From Eledone cirrhosa (taxonomy: Eukaryota), in NCBI GenBank assembly GCA_964016885.1, contig OZ024742.1, forward strand, positions 5,270,001-5,334,000: a stretch of DNA of 64,000 nucleotides. Reading direction: 5' to 3'. The notes under the pieces were generated by a model. The model was not told where the DNA came from and did no database searches. It saw only the letters and a list, made by a program, of their open reading frames with translations. The translations under genes were made by a program, and so were the position numbers. Shown here one piece after another: positions 17,219-31,540 of the stretch; the first letter of the stretch is position 1; every line of letters starts with the position of its first letter.

Positions 17219-18533
17219 CATACAAGCATACATATATACACATACATACAGATACATATACACACACATATATATACACACACACAGACATACATACGTA
17301 CGTACACACGTACCTACATGTGTACATATATATATATATACATATATATATATATCTACATATATATATATATACATAATACATATATATATATATATAC
17401 AAACACACACGCGCAATGCAAGTACGTTATACATGTAGGAAAGGCCAGTAGGTGAGAAGTACTTACATAACCATAGTATCGTGGGGTGGATCGAAAGGGG
17501 CTAGGGTGGATAGAGGGGGGTATATTTTGTCCAGTGACATTATTTTGAAAACTATCCATCTGGCATCAAGACTGGGCTGAGATATTTGTAAGTTGCAATG
17601 TTTTTGTGCATGCAATTCGGACAGTGTTCAGAGAGTTTGTTGAGTGTCGGACTCTTGGCAAAAAGTATTTCATAGCTTTCTGAAATACAAAGGTCACAAC
17701 ACTTCTATCCTACTATGTATGAGCGCGCTCTCTGGAGTAATTTCCATTTGAGCGTGAAAGGAGTTCCTCTTGAGCTCCCAGGCATAGGAGGCGAGTGTTG
17801 TCTGATTGAATCCATATGTTAAAAAAATTAGACAAAAATATATAATTTACGCATCAACATTAAACTAAAAGACTTGGGGTCCCGTAGAAGCACCTTAGAA
17901 AATCTCTCAATGAGTGCATAAAGCTTACAGGCTCCAATAAACCTATTAGACTAGAAGAAAATTAAGAGGCTAATAAAATAAGAAAATAAAAATATAAAGT
18001 TTCCCTAAAAAATATATAAAGTTCCTATGAAATTTCTTCTAGAGAAAAAAATTTTTTTCCGAAAGAAAAAAAATTCTTCCCCCGAGATCACGTTTACAAA
18101 ATTCAGAAAACTGAATTGAAAACTAGGTTGAAAGAAACTAATCAATTAGAGGTTAATTCAGAGAGCCTTCCATAAATCTCTCAGAAAAGGCCCCTTTAAT
18201 ATTTCCAATAGGAACTTCTTCCGAGAGACCCTTCGAAGAATTAAAATTTTAGAGAGCCTTTAAGGATAAATATAAAAACGAATTGAGGAAAATTATACAT
18301 TAAAAGTTAAAAATAAAAAATTACGGTATTTGGGATATCCGTAATATATGCGTAAATTATATATTTTTGTCTAATTTTTAAACTTCAATCCCTGACCCCG
18401 ACAACTAATATAAAAGAGCCCCCCTTAGAATATTGACCCCAACTATACAAGCGGAGTTGCTGATGTATACCACAATTTCAAACTGCTAGCCTTGAGTGAT
18501 ACGTTGATGTAAACAATGATCTTGCAATCACAT

Positions 18534-18592
18534 GTTATATGCCTTGATAAGTCCCACCATGGGGTCGGACGAAACGGCTGTCGGCAATAAAC
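18534..18592 (+). ncRNA. Type I hammerhead with U3-A8 core variant, GUC triplet
   Basis: tgcc-TTGATAA-gtcc caccatggggtc ggac-GAAAC-ggct-GTC-ggca. Confidence 0.8.
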
Positions 18593-18739
18593 TTGTTATA
18601 ATGTCATAATATTTCCTTTGTTCTTTTTCACTAATATTTCTGCTCTGCGTATACGCATAGAGCTTAACTAGCTACCGTCACATATTTGGTAAGTCAGACG
18701 TGATCATCGCGATTCACATACGACCTACAATACATCTTA

Positions 18740-18820
<81 letters not shown>

Positions 18821-18825
<5 letters not shown>

Positions 18826-18995
18826 AAAAAAAGGAAAAGAATGACTTTACTTGTAGGGTTAAAAATCTTTTATGATTTAATGTTATAATATTATAATATT
18901 ATAAGTTCAACTCATAATATTATAATATTATAACATTAAATCATAAAATATTTTTAACCCTACAAGTGAAGTCATTCTTTTCCATTTTTTCAAAT
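18821..18995. repeat. Imperfect ~175-bp palindrome adjoining (TA)n
   Basis: ggaaaagaatgactttacttgtagggttaaaaat pairs with atttttaaccctacaagtgaagtcattcttttcc. Confidence 0.9.
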
Positions 18996-19042
18996 ATACC
19001 TAACTGTACCAAGGATCTCACACATTTTCCAATATACACACA

Positions 19043-19091
<49 letters not shown>

Positions 19092-19095
<4 letters not shown>

Positions 19096-19194
19096 TGTTA
19101 TACTTTGGGAGGGTCATGTTGCCAATAAGAAACAATGTTTCTTATTGGCAATGTTTCTTATTGGCAACATGACCCTCCCAAAGTATAACAATAT
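19092..19194. repeat. Palindrome with a 17-nt duplication at its centre
   Basis: atattgttatactttgggagggtcatgttgccaataagaaac pairs with gtttcttattggcaacatgaccctcccaaagtataacaatat. The segment caatgtttcttattgg occurs twice. Confidence 0.9.
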
Positions 19195-19248
19195 CGGTTT
19201 CAACACACGTTTTCAGATAAAGAATCTTGCTAAACAAATTCAGAAACG

Positions 19249-19355
<107 letters not shown>

Positions 19356-19562
19356 GTGTATGTGTGTGTGTGTGCGTGTTTTTGTGTGTGTGTGTGTATG
19401 TGTGTGTGCCTGTGTGTGTATATGCGTGTATATATATGTATATGTGTGTATATGTATGTGTGTGTATATGTATATATGTATGTGTATACATGTGTGTGTG
19501 TTTGTATTTGTATATATATATGTGTGTGTATGTGTATATACACACATGTATGTGTATGTATG

Positions 19563-19637
<75 letters not shown>

Positions 19638-19783
19638 TATATATATATATATATATACATCATTTCACCTCTTTTATTATTGATCTTCTTTTAAGAGAAT
19701 CGTTTTTGCAAATGACTGAATATATCGAATAATGTACGCCATTTTTACCAGCGCCACAAAAATACCGGTCCATCCACACACAT

Positions 19784-19863
<80 letters not shown>

Positions 19864-20428
19864 ACACATATATATTTGTGTTAATAGACACCTGAACTGT
19901 TGACATCTCAACATGACTGCAACTCAATCAAGCGGAAAAGGACACCCTTCGACAAACCTACATTTGGCGCGAAACCAGCTCGCGCTAAAATCAATTTAAA
20001 CATTCACGTGACTTCTACCGACCAATCAAAATTGTTTTGACTACAAGAATTTTTGCAACACGAATTGGCACGAAATTTATAGTGCTTATTCACGTCACAT
20101 TCAACAACCAGCCAAATCTTAATGACTCCCAAGCCAATATTTTCACATAAAACAGGAAGAATTTCCAAAACTGATCAGATTAGAGCAAAAATCACGAGCA
20201 CTCTATCTTAAAATTATTTTTGAAAAGCATTAGAAATGCGCAACCGGTAAAAACTTAAAACTAAAACTGAATACGAACTAATACTTATTACTAATTTATA
20301 CTTATTCCTAATTAAACTATTTTTCACTGGGAAAAATTTGTCAGCATTTTCTTTGCCTTTTTACTAATATATCAGAACTCGTGTGTCACACATCTATTTT
20401 TTAAAATATATATATATATATGTATAGT

Positions 20429-20583
20429 TTCCTGTGTCAGTGTTGAACAAAAAGGTGACGTGGTTGCCTTAACACCGTATGGCATAAATTCAGGCTGTTC
20501 AGTTTACAAACGAACAAAGCGGCGTTATAATAAGCGTCCGCTAAACTGATGCGTGCATATATGTATGTGTACCTGTATGTATA

Positions 20584-20671
<88 letters not shown>

Positions 20672-21247
20672 TGCTACTGTACGTCTGTATACATATATGT
20701 ATGTACGTATACATACATACTTACATTTAAGTAAGTGCCATACTAAGAGTGAGAAATGAAATTTCGTTTTCATTTTTTTTCAACTTATCGTTTTCGGTAT
20801 GCCTGACCGATTTAACTCACTCAATATGCAAATTAGGCTGCTCAGCCGTTAATTTTCATAAGGAAAGTATATACTTTCGAACGTTCAACTATCTGGCAGA
20901 TGGGTATACGGTGCTGATGATAGCTAACAAGCTTGAAACTAGTACATCGTTCCTGTGTCAGTGTTGAACAAAAAGGTGACGTGGTTGCCTTAACACCGTA
21001 TGGCATAAATTCAGGCTGTTCAGTTTGTTTACAAACGAACAAAGCGGCGTTATGATAAGCGTCCGCTAAACTGATGCGTGCATATAAGTATGTGTACCTG
21101 TATGTATATATATGTATATATATATATGCATGCTACTGTACGTCTGTATACATATATGTATGTACGTATACATACATACTTACATTTAAGTAAGTGCCAT
21201 ACTAAGAGTGAGAAATGAAATTTCGTTTTCATTTTTTTTTCAACTTA
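20429..21247 (+). mobile_element. Retrozyme-like non-coding element, about 1.6 tandem monomers, one hammerhead
   Basis: 20429-20787 is repeated nearly identically at 20950-21247. Hammerhead at 20908-20950. No recognisable protein. Confidence 0.75.
20908..20950 (+). ncRNA. Type I hammerhead ribozyme, canonical core, minimal palindromic stem III (ACUAGU)
   Basis: acggtg-CTGATGA-tagctaacaagctt-GAAAC-ta-GTA-catcgt. Confidence 0.9.
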
Positions 21248-21262
21248 TATATATATATATAT

Positions 21263-22121
<859 letters not shown>

Positions 22122-22212
22122 AGTGTGTATTTGTAAGTATATATATGTGCATATGTAGGTATGCGTATGTGTGCTATATATGTATATATATATGTACATT
22201 TGTGTGTGTGTA

Positions 22213-23920
22213 TATCATCATCACCGTTTTACGTCCGTTCTTCCACGCTAGCATGGGTTAGACGGGTTGTCCTGTTGTGGGCAGTGTCTGGTCGGCTGAC
22301 CATGCCTTGCTCATACAGGAACTGATTTGGCTTGATTTCTACAGCTGGATGCCCTTCCTAACACCAACCTCATTTACAGTGAGTGCTGGGTGCTTTTTCG
22401 TGGCACATTACAGTGTGGGCTGGGTGCTTTTTTGCCGTGGCACCTCCACGACCACCTTGTGCTGGGGGGGGGGGCATATTGTCTATATGCTTCAGCTTGT
22501 ACCCATGGGAGGTCGGGTACTCTGTATTACTGCGTGACGCCAGAGGTCACGGTCGTGTGTCATTGCCTTTGAGAGGTGTAATTGGGTAAGGTCGGCTTTT
22601 ATCACCTCATCCCAGGTCATCTTGGGTCTCCCCACTTCGCGGTTTCCATCGACTTCTAGTGCTCTGCACCTTTTTATGCAGCTGTCATCCTTCATACGCA
22701 TCACATGTCGATACCAGCGCAACCGCCTCTCCTGCACACAGCATTTGATTCCTCTTATGCCCAGTGTCTCTCTCAATTCATTTATGCTTTGTCGTTCACG
22801 TATATTACTGTTACACATCCATCGGAGCATGCAGGCTTCGTTTCTCTCTAATCTACGTAAGTCTTCCACCTTCAGCGTCCAGGTCTCACTACCATGCAAC
22901 ATCGCTGTTCGGATACACGCATCATACAGTCTGCCTTTCATTCTGAGGGAGAATCCTTTTTCAGCTAGCAGTGGTAGTAGTTCCCTAAACTTCTTCCATC
23001 CCGTTCTTACCCTAGTTATTGTACTTTCTGAACACCCACCTCCGCTGCTAATTCGGTCACCTAGGTAGCAGAAGCTGTCTACTGTTTCTACAGAGCCCTC
23101 CCAGAGATTGGTGGTACTTGTTTCCTGTGGCTGTTTGCTGCTTGCTGTCCCAGCACAGCTGCTGCATGTGAAGCCTACATTCTTAATTAAGCTTCCTGAG
23201 ATCCCGCTACATCTCTTGTGTACCCATTGTTTGCATTTGGGGCAGAGAATGGAGTTCCTACCTACACCTTTCCTACATACTGAGCAAGGCCATTTCCCTG
23301 AGGCGATCTGGGTTCTGTTTTCTCGTCTACTTACAAGGCCCTTAGTCTTTGTCATGTTGACTTTGAGACCCTTTCTTTCTAGTCCCTGCTTCCAAGTTTG
23401 GAATTTATTCTCTAGTTCTACCATAGATTCAGCTATAAGTGCGAGGTCATCAGCATACAGGAGTTCCCATGGGCATCCGGTCTTAAACTCCTCCATTATT
23501 GCCTACAGGACTATGATGAACAGGAGGAGGCTAAGAACAGAGCCCTGGTGGACCCCAACCTGTACGCTAAATTCCTCGCTATACTCATTGCTAATCCTAA
23601 CTTTGCTGACTGCTCCCTTATACATGGCTTGTACCGCTTTCACAAGTCATCTACTCCTAGTTTTCTAAGAGCCCACCAGATTACAGCACGTGGAACTCTG
23701 TCAAAGGCTTTCTCAAGGTCGACAAATGCCAAGTAGAGTGGTTTACTTTTCCTGTAACTGCCTCACAAGGAAGAGGGCATCAGTGGTGCCTCTCCCTGGT
23801 ACAAACCCAAATTGCATCTCGTCTATTTTCACCCGGTCCCTAATCAACTGTGCTATAACTCTTTCTGTTACTTTCATGACCTGGTCCATCAACTGTATAC
23901 CTCTATAGTTTCCTCTATCT
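22213..23920 (-). mobile_element. 5'-truncated RTE-clade LINE (RT C-terminal half, 3' UTR, (TGA)n tail), with stop codons
   Basis: ORF 22492-23496 contains ELLYADDLAL, a Cys-rich CSVC/CPKC..WVHKRC insert, FCYLG, MLHGSETW, RRLRWYRHVMR and GRPKMTW. Upstream remnants read QFGFVPG, FVDLEKAFDRVPR and GVHQGSVLS. The tail appears as atcatcatcacc on the plus strand. Confidence 0.92.
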
Positions 23921-24487
23921 AGTGCATCACTATGTATATATATATGTGTGTGTGTGTAAGTATGTATGTATGTGTGTGTATATATGTATATTTATATATA
24001 TATGTGTGTGTATATATGTGTATATATGTGTGTATGTGTGTGTATATATATATATATATAATGTGCACGTGTGTATGTATGTAAGTGTATATATGTATAT
24101 GTATATATATGTATATATATATGTATATATATGTACATATACATATATGTACATATACACATATATATATGTGTGTGTGGATGTGAGGGTATGTTTGTGT
24201 GTGCCTGTGTGATTGTAGACACCTGACCATTGTGGAAGAGCTACCAATAAATAGCCATTGTTAACTTAAATGAATCTTAAAAATTCAGGAGTCCCCCTCC
24301 CATCCCCGTCTGAACCTTTCTACAGAGACTTAACTTGAATTCTTTCTGCCTTTGTTACTCTAAATATAGTCTCTTAAAGAATTTCCTTTTCTTTAAACCC
24401 ATCGACCAATAATCTCCACCCATCCCAATCACCACCCTCTCCTACCACCAGAAAATATATAAATACCACCATATTACTTGGACAGTC

Positions 24488-24538
24488 GGCTTCCTGATGA
24501 TTTCTCTCGAATGAAACAGTTCTAGTCCTGTAGAAGCC
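24488..24538 (+). ncRNA. Type I hammerhead ribozyme, canonical core; same family as 5181-5237
   Basis: ggcttc-CTGATGA-tttctctcgaat-GAAAC-agttctagtcct-GTA-gaagcc. The next 70 bp match the reverse complement of 5115-5180. Confidence 0.9.
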
Positions 24539-24607
24539 ATTTCAATATTAAATATTTATACTCTGCTTTGTATTGAGTACATTACTTACTGTTGTTACCC
24601 CCGATTG

Positions 24608-24790
24608 AATTTCGTGGCTGTTCATTAAATATATTTTATTACTTATTTAAAGATTCACTTCTTTAACATTCTCAAAGGTCAACACTTCCGGTTGGCGATC
24701 GCTTAAATAAGCATACTAATTTTCTGTCACTAATTTTCTCCCAATGCAGTTTATATATAATATCGTCTTTTTTAATGTATCATGGATTAC
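24608..24790. repeat. Unclassified interspersed repeat; inverted copy at about 63158-63342
   Basis: aatttcgtggctgttcattaaat...taatgtatcatggattac matches its reverse complement at 63158-63342. Confidence 0.85.
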
Positions 24791-25546
24791 GTTACTGATT
24801 AAATAAGACAGTGTAACGCAGTCTTCGTTCAATTTCTGTGTATTATATATTGTCAATTACGATTTTATTTGATCTATCATATCTACATGTATATATACCT
24901 GCGTATATATCAATATACACACTATACATGCTAGCAGAAAATCACCCGAAGGGTGGTTTTTCTGCTAGTAATTATAAAACTAAACCAACCATGACTTGCC
25001 AAAGGAAATACCACAGATTTTTTTAGTGATCCATACTTAAGAGAAGTAGAATATAGATATCTAAAGAGGAATCTATTTTATTTGTTATAAATAAAAATAT
25101 TATGTCAACTATATTTTTCAGACAGAAGTTATACAAATGATGGAAATATAAAAAAAAAGAAGATAAAAACAAAATTAAGTAATGAAATAAAAAGGGAAAG
25201 GGATAAAGAAAGGCAGATCTGGCTATATAGGAAAGTATAAGAACGGACTATAAATGCCATAAATGAGAAGAAAAGGAGGGAAAGAGCAAGGACTATTAGA
25301 CCAGAAAAGAGAGAGGGGGGAAGGGGAGAATGTGACAGACTCTACGCCAAGATCCAGGCTGCTTAACAATATACCCAACACATATTAACATGCTAAACAG
25401 TACAGACTAATATACAATTTAATCCAGATAATATATATTATACTATCTACATTAAAATATCTTTCCACCTATGTTAGACATAATACAAAATGGCTGATTT
25501 TCAGCCCCATGGATTTTATCTGTTATATTCCTTTATTATATTTCGA

Positions 25547-25604
25547 ATACCTGATGATATCACCGGATTCATACTGAACCCGGTCATTGAAATGATCATA
25601 GTAT
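25547..25604 (+). ncRNA. Type I hammerhead (AUA triplet, GAUC palindromic loop) inside repeat arm 25494-25662
   Basis: atac-CTGATGA-tatcaccggattcatactgaacccggtcatt-GAAAT-gatc-ATA-gtat. Confidence 0.75.
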
Positions 25605-25658
25605 AATAAAACTTTCAAGGATTTACACCAGTCCAGCCTCCTGTTATTTTATAATAAT

Positions 25659-25786
<128 letters not shown>

Positions 25787-25842
25787 AATCAGGAAAGAAG
25801 ATTGACACGGTTTGCTATACAAAGAAAGTTTTTAATCTCATT

Positions 25843-25948
25843 GCTGACAATTGTTTCTCTAAACTGGTAGGTCTAGAGATCGCTACCCCCTTGTTTTCAC
25901 GTTATTCAATCACCAATACAAAGTTATAGCCAGTCAATTCATCGGAGC
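25843..25948 (-). ncRNA. Hammerhead motif (CCGAUGA variant, long stem II), inverted copy of 27013-27118
   Basis: Reverse-complement homolog of 27013-27118. Confidence 0.65.
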
Positions 25949-26423
25949 TTGTCGGTCGCAAAGTTATAACCAGTCAATTCATCGAGGTTGTCCGCCGCAA
26001 AGACCTACAGTACCGGTATGTCCCACTGTAGGCTCTGTGATCTAGAATTACTGTATATCCTTAGAAATGTAAAAAGGCTACTCAACAACAAGTTAGAAAG
26101 ATCTTCTGCAGACACAGGATCGCCACTAAATTCACAAGATTTAAACCTCCGTGAATCAAACCGACGTAACTTAGCTTTCAACTTAGGATACCCACTATAC
26201 TGCACGAACCACCATAGACATATAATCATTAAGTACATTCTAGCCTTCTTAGTTCTATACCACACTAATGTCTGTAAGTACCTTATAAACCCATAAATAT
26301 ATAAATATATCTCTTCTCAGCTGCTGTCAACATATGAACCTAAATCCAAGAACATTTCAAAATACAGCAGAACTTTACCTTCCTCCTGTTATAATTATAG
26401 TCAGCATGTTTTCTCTTTATATG

Positions 26424-26540
<117 letters not shown>

Positions 26541-27012
26541 ATATATTGCCTCCTTAACCTCTGTATTAACTTGCCTATTATATTGCTACTCTGTTAATGT
26601 TGTCTTTTACATGTATGTTATTGATGATGAGAAAGCTAGACAACCCTTTCATCTAATATAGACCACACAAATATTACTATCCTCACTACAGTGATAAATT
26701 CTTCATCTGTCAGATAATAAATGATTCTTACGGCCACCAGACCTACATTGTTTAAACCCACCGGCTTATCTTTACACTATATATAATACACCCCATGACA
26801 GCTTTTACATGTCAATTTTATACATCTACCTCATGTCAGCTAGTTTTACACGCTAAAATTGTAGATATACTATACTTCCCACCTAGATTGATGTTGTGAT
26901 TATTTCAAATAATTTATTGCTAGCATTGTTAGTATTGTTGTTATTGTTCTGATTGAATGCCATTACTACCACATATAGTAGCCATGCCTGTATATTCTTT
27001 TCATTCTCACAA

Positions 27013-27118
27013 GCTCCGATGAATTGACTGGCTATAACTTTGTATTGGTGATCGAATAACGTGAAAACAAGCGGATAGCGATCTCTAGACCTACCAGTTC
27101 AGAGAAACAATTGTCAGC
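27013..27118 (+). ncRNA. Type I hammerhead motif (CCGAUGA variant, ~80-nt stem II, AAUU palindromic loop)
   Basis: gct-CCGATGA-attgactgg...ccagttcaga-GAAAC-aatt-GTC-agc. Confidence 0.7.
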
Positions 27119-27344
27119 AATGAGATTAAAAACCTTTTTTGTATAGCAAACCATGTCAATCTTCTTTCCTGATTTATCATTACTCCAAGTATTTACAACA
27201 TAGGAATTACAGTGTACTCGCAACATCACTATGGAAACGCCTTGTTGAGTCAAACTTAGCCAAGCGTTGATATCATCTACTACCCGGAGTACCATAACTG
27301 GACTACACTTAAGTGGACTACCTATAACAATAATTTGTTACCCC

Positions 27345-27397
<53 letters not shown>

Positions 27398-27447
27398 TTA
27401 TAAAATAACAGGAGGCTGGACTGGTGTAAATCCTTGAAAGGTTTATT

Positions 27448-27505
27448 ATACTATGATCATTTCAATGACCGGGTTCAGTATGAATCCGGTGATATCATCA
27501 GGTAT
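27448..27505 (-). ncRNA. Type I hammerhead, inverted copy of 25547-25604 (arm 27391-27556)
   Basis: Reverse complement of 25494-25662 with few substitutions. Confidence 0.75.
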
Positions 27506-27992
27506 TCGAAATATAACAAAGGAATATAACAGATAAAATCCATGGGCCTGAAAATCAGAGACAAGAGGATGACCTACTATTTAGCAGCTTTTACCTCAGT
27601 CGGTCGCTCTGGAGTGTTGATTATTAAGTCTACTTATGACCATCTGGTGAGTGGACGTAAGCTTATAATGAGAAAAGGTCATGCCACAATCAGGCTGACC
27701 GTGCGAGCTAGAAATTGCTTTTAAGTGTATTATACATAGTCTCGATACATTTTCAGGGTAGGATGTAGAGTAAAGATTAAGCCCTTGTTTAGCAGTCAAT
27801 AATCAGCGACGACTGCAGATCCCGGCCAGCCCTTCCTAACCACGTGTCAGCCGTTCCGAGTGATATCGTCTAGCGAAAAAAATGGAAATTAATTTTTCCG
27901 AGCACTCAAGGAATGTGACGGTTTTAGCCGTCGGGTGTTTTAGCGGGAAGCCCGCCACCGCCGTCAAGCCATCGTCTATACCAAACGAATAC

Positions 27993-30322
27993 TTTGTAGG
28001 TGTGTGTCTGGGAGGCGGGGTTAATGAGGTGTAAGATACATGTCTTTTGTAGTTGTGTGTCTGGGGGCGGGGTTAATGAGGTGTAAGATACATGTCTTTT
28101 GTAGTTGTGTGTCTGGGGGCGGGGTTAATGAGGTTTAAGATACATGGCTTTGTAGGTGTGTGTCTGGGGGGCGAGGTTAAGGAGGTGTAAGATACATGTC
28201 TGTTGTAGGTGTGTGTCTGGGGGGCGGGGTTAATGAGGTGTAAGATACATGTCTGTTGTAGGTGTGTGTCTGGGGAGCGGGGTTAAGGAGTTGTAAGATA
28301 CTTGCCTTTGTAGGTGTGTGTCTGGGGGGCGGGGTTAAGGAGGTGTAAGATACATGTCTGTTGTAGGTGTGTGTCTGGGAGGTAGGGTTAAGGAGGTGTA
28401 AGATACATGTCTGTTGTAGGTGTGTGTCTGGGGGGCGGGGTTAATGAGTTGTAAGATACATGTCTGTTGTAGGTGTGTGTCTGGGGAGCGGGGTTAAGGA
28501 GTTGTAAGATACATGTCTTTCGTAGGTGTGTGTCTGGGGGGCGGGGTTAAGGGGGTGTAAGATACATGTCTTTCGTAGGTGTGTGTCTGGGGGGCGGGGT
28601 TAAGGAGGTGTAAGATACATGTCTGTTGTAGGTGTGTGTCTGGGGGGCGGGGTTAATGAGGTGTAAGATACATGTCTGTTGTAGGTGTGTGTCTGGGGAG
28701 CGGGGTTAAGGAGTTGTAAGATACTTGCCTTTGTAGGTGTGTGTCTGGGGGGCGGGGTTAATGAGGTGTAAGATACATGTCTGTTGTAGGTGTGTGTCTG
28801 GGGGGCGGGGTTAATGAGGTGTAAGATACATGTCTGTTGTAGGTGTGTGTCTGGGGGGCGGGGTTAAGGAGGTGTAAGATACATGTCTTCTGTAGGAGTG
28901 TGTCTGGGGGCGGGGTTAAGGAGGTGTAAGATACATGTCTTCTGTAGGTATGTGTCTGGGGGCGGGGTTAAGGAGGTGTAAGATACATGTCTTCTGTAGG
29001 TGTGTGTCTGGGGGGCGGGGTTAAGGAGGTGTAAGATACATGTCTTCTGTAGGTGTGTGTCTGGGGGGCGGGGTTAAGGAGGTGTAAGATACATGTCTTC
29101 TGTAGGTGTGTGTCTGGGGGCGAGGTTAAGGAGGTGTAAGATACATGTCTTCTGTAGGTGTGTGTCTGGGGGCGGGGTTAAGGAGGTGTAAGATACATGT
29201 CTTCTGTAGGTATGTGTCTGGGGGCGGGGTTAAGGAGGTGTAAGATACATGTCTTTCGTAGGTGTGTGTCTGGGGGGCGGGGTTAAGGAGTTGTAAGATA
29301 CTTGCCTTTGTAGGTGTGCGTCTGGGGGGCGGGGTTAAGGAGGTGTAAGATACATGTCTTCTGTAGGTGTGTGTCTGGGGGCGGGGTTAAGGAGGTGTAA
29401 GATACATGTCTTCTGTAGGTGTGTGTCTGGGGGCGGGGTTAAGGAGGTGTAAGATACATGTCTATTGTAGGTGTGTGTCTGGAGGGGGGGGAGGCGTGGT
29501 TAACGAGATGTAAGATACATGTCTTTTGTAGGTGTGTGTCTGGGGGCGGGGTTAAGGAGGTGTAAGATACATGTCTTTTGTAGGTGTGTGTATTGGGGGC
29601 GGGGTTAAGGAGGTGTAAGATACATGTCTTTTGTAGGTGTGTGTATGGGGGGCGGGGTTAAGGAGGTGTAAGATACATGTCTTTTGTAGGTGTGTGTCTG
29701 GGGGGCGGGGTTAAGGAGGTGTAAGAAACATGTCTTTTGTAGGTGTGTGTATGGGGGGCGGGGTTAAGGAGGTGTAAGAAACATGTCTTTTGTAGGTGTG
29801 TGTCTGGGGGGCGGGGTTAAGGAGGTGTAAGAAACATGTCTTTTGTAGGTGTGTGTCTGGGGGGCGGGGTTAAGGAGGTGTAAGAAACATGTCTTTTGTA
29901 GGTGTGTGTCTGGGGGGCGGGGTTAAGGAGGTGTAAGAAACATGTCTTTTGTAGGTGTGTGTCTGGGGGGCGGGGTTAAGGAGGTGTAAGAAACATGTCT
30001 TTTGTAGGTGTGTGTCTGGGGGGCGGGGTTAAGGAGGTGTAAGAAACATGTCTTTTGTAGGCGTGTGTATGGGGGGCGGGGTTAAGGAGGTGTAAGAAAC
30101 ATGTCTTTTGTAGGTGTGTGTCTGGGGGGCGGGGTTAAGGAGGTGTAAGAAACATGTCTTTTGTAGGTGTGTGTCTGGGGGGCGGGGTTAAGGAGGTGTA
30201 AGAAACATGTCTTTTGTAGGCGTGTGTATGGGGGGCGGGGTTAAGGAGGTGTAAGAAACATGTCTTTTGTAGGTGTGTGTCTGGGGGGCGGGGTTAAGGA
30301 GGTGTAAGAAACATGTCTTTTG
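27993..30322. repeat. G-rich minisatellite, 52-53-bp unit, about 44 copies
   Basis: Unit tgtaggtgtgtgtctggggggcggggttaaggaggtgtaagatacatgtcttt. Confidence 0.97.
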
Positions 30323-30919
30323 ATAAGAATGTGATGACAGAAAAGAGAAAAATATGATTAGTTTTGAAATATTTGTTGACAGAAATGTATGTTGTTGATA
30401 ATGGTTTGGGAGGGTGGGGTGGGGGCATCACGTTAGCTCACATATTTACTCCCCTACATGTAAACATACATACAGACCATAATCATATGCATACACACAC
30501 ACACACACATACATACGCACATACATATACATATCCACACATATATGCATATATATATATATACATGTATATATGTATATATTTATATATACACACATAC
30601 ATGCCTACATATATACACACATGCATACACATGCCTGTACACCTACAGACATACATACATATACATACATACACATCTACACACACATATGTATACACAT
30701 CTACTCAAGTATTTAAGTTCACATATAGATTGGGGTGGAGAAGGGAGAATTACTGAAATGTTAGTGTACCTCCGAGGGTTGTTCTTCTCTTCAACGATCG
30801 AATGTTTGATCGGGTGTCATCCACTTCTAATTGGATAGTTTTCTGTTTTCAATATGCGACGTGAAAAAAAAAGGAAAGTGGGGAGAATCCCGTTATTTGA
30901 AGATGGAATATCATTTTTT

Positions 30920-31540
30920 TGTGTTCAGTAGTGGTTTGTACTTTCTAATGAAAAATTGTTCTTTATGTTTCCGGAAATGTTCGTTGTCTTACCGTATCTT
31001 AAAGACGGGAAAGATTGTGAATTTTCCCTTTCCGCAGGTTGCGAAGTGTTCACTGCATGTGGTGTTTCTGACAGAGGGGTCTCTAAATTGTTGTTTATGT
31101 ATTCGAACTCTGTCATGTAGACCCGTTCCGGTTTCACCAATGTAGTATTCTTTACATTGTGGGCAGGTTGCAGAGTAAATTATGTTTTTTGGTTTTGCAA
31201 TACATGTTAGCATTAACTTTGAAAATCTCATTGTTTTTAAAGGAGATTTGCTCACCCTCTTCAATGTATTCACAAGTTCCGCATCGAGGGTCCCTGAAGT
31301 TTTTACCCTGCATTGTTTCTTTATCAGACGTAAGTTTCACTTTGGTAAGCAGTTTTTTTAGGTTGGGTGCTTGGCGTATACTATATATTATTTGTGAGTC
31401 TTTTATGAGTCTATTCATTTTAGGGGACTGCTGGAGAATCGGGAGATATTGTTTAGTGCCTTTCACAATCTTGAAGTTCCTTGGATTGTAAGTGATAACA
31501 AAAGGGATAAGTGTTTTTTTTTCCATTTTATTTTGTTGGC
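30920..31540 (-). mobile_element. PLE (Neptune-type architecture) linker plus GIY-YIG endonuclease remnant, frameshifted and 5'-truncated at the satellite
   Basis: IPFVITYNP...RQAPNLKKLL...RCGTC...C/KNIIYSATCPQCKEYYIGETG...RVRIHKQQ...SEHF, from ORFs 31152-31526 and 30989-31273. Confidence 0.9.

Noticed and set aside
19184-19219. Minus-strand tat-CTGAAAA-cgtgtgtt-GAAAC-cgatatt-GTT-ata
   Set aside because: It has a C3-A8 mismatch and a 3-bp stem I. Counted only as a degenerate remnant and not listed as a feature.
22622-23908. Plus-strand ORFs overlapping the LINE
   Set aside because: Antisense shadow frames of the RTE reverse transcriptase.
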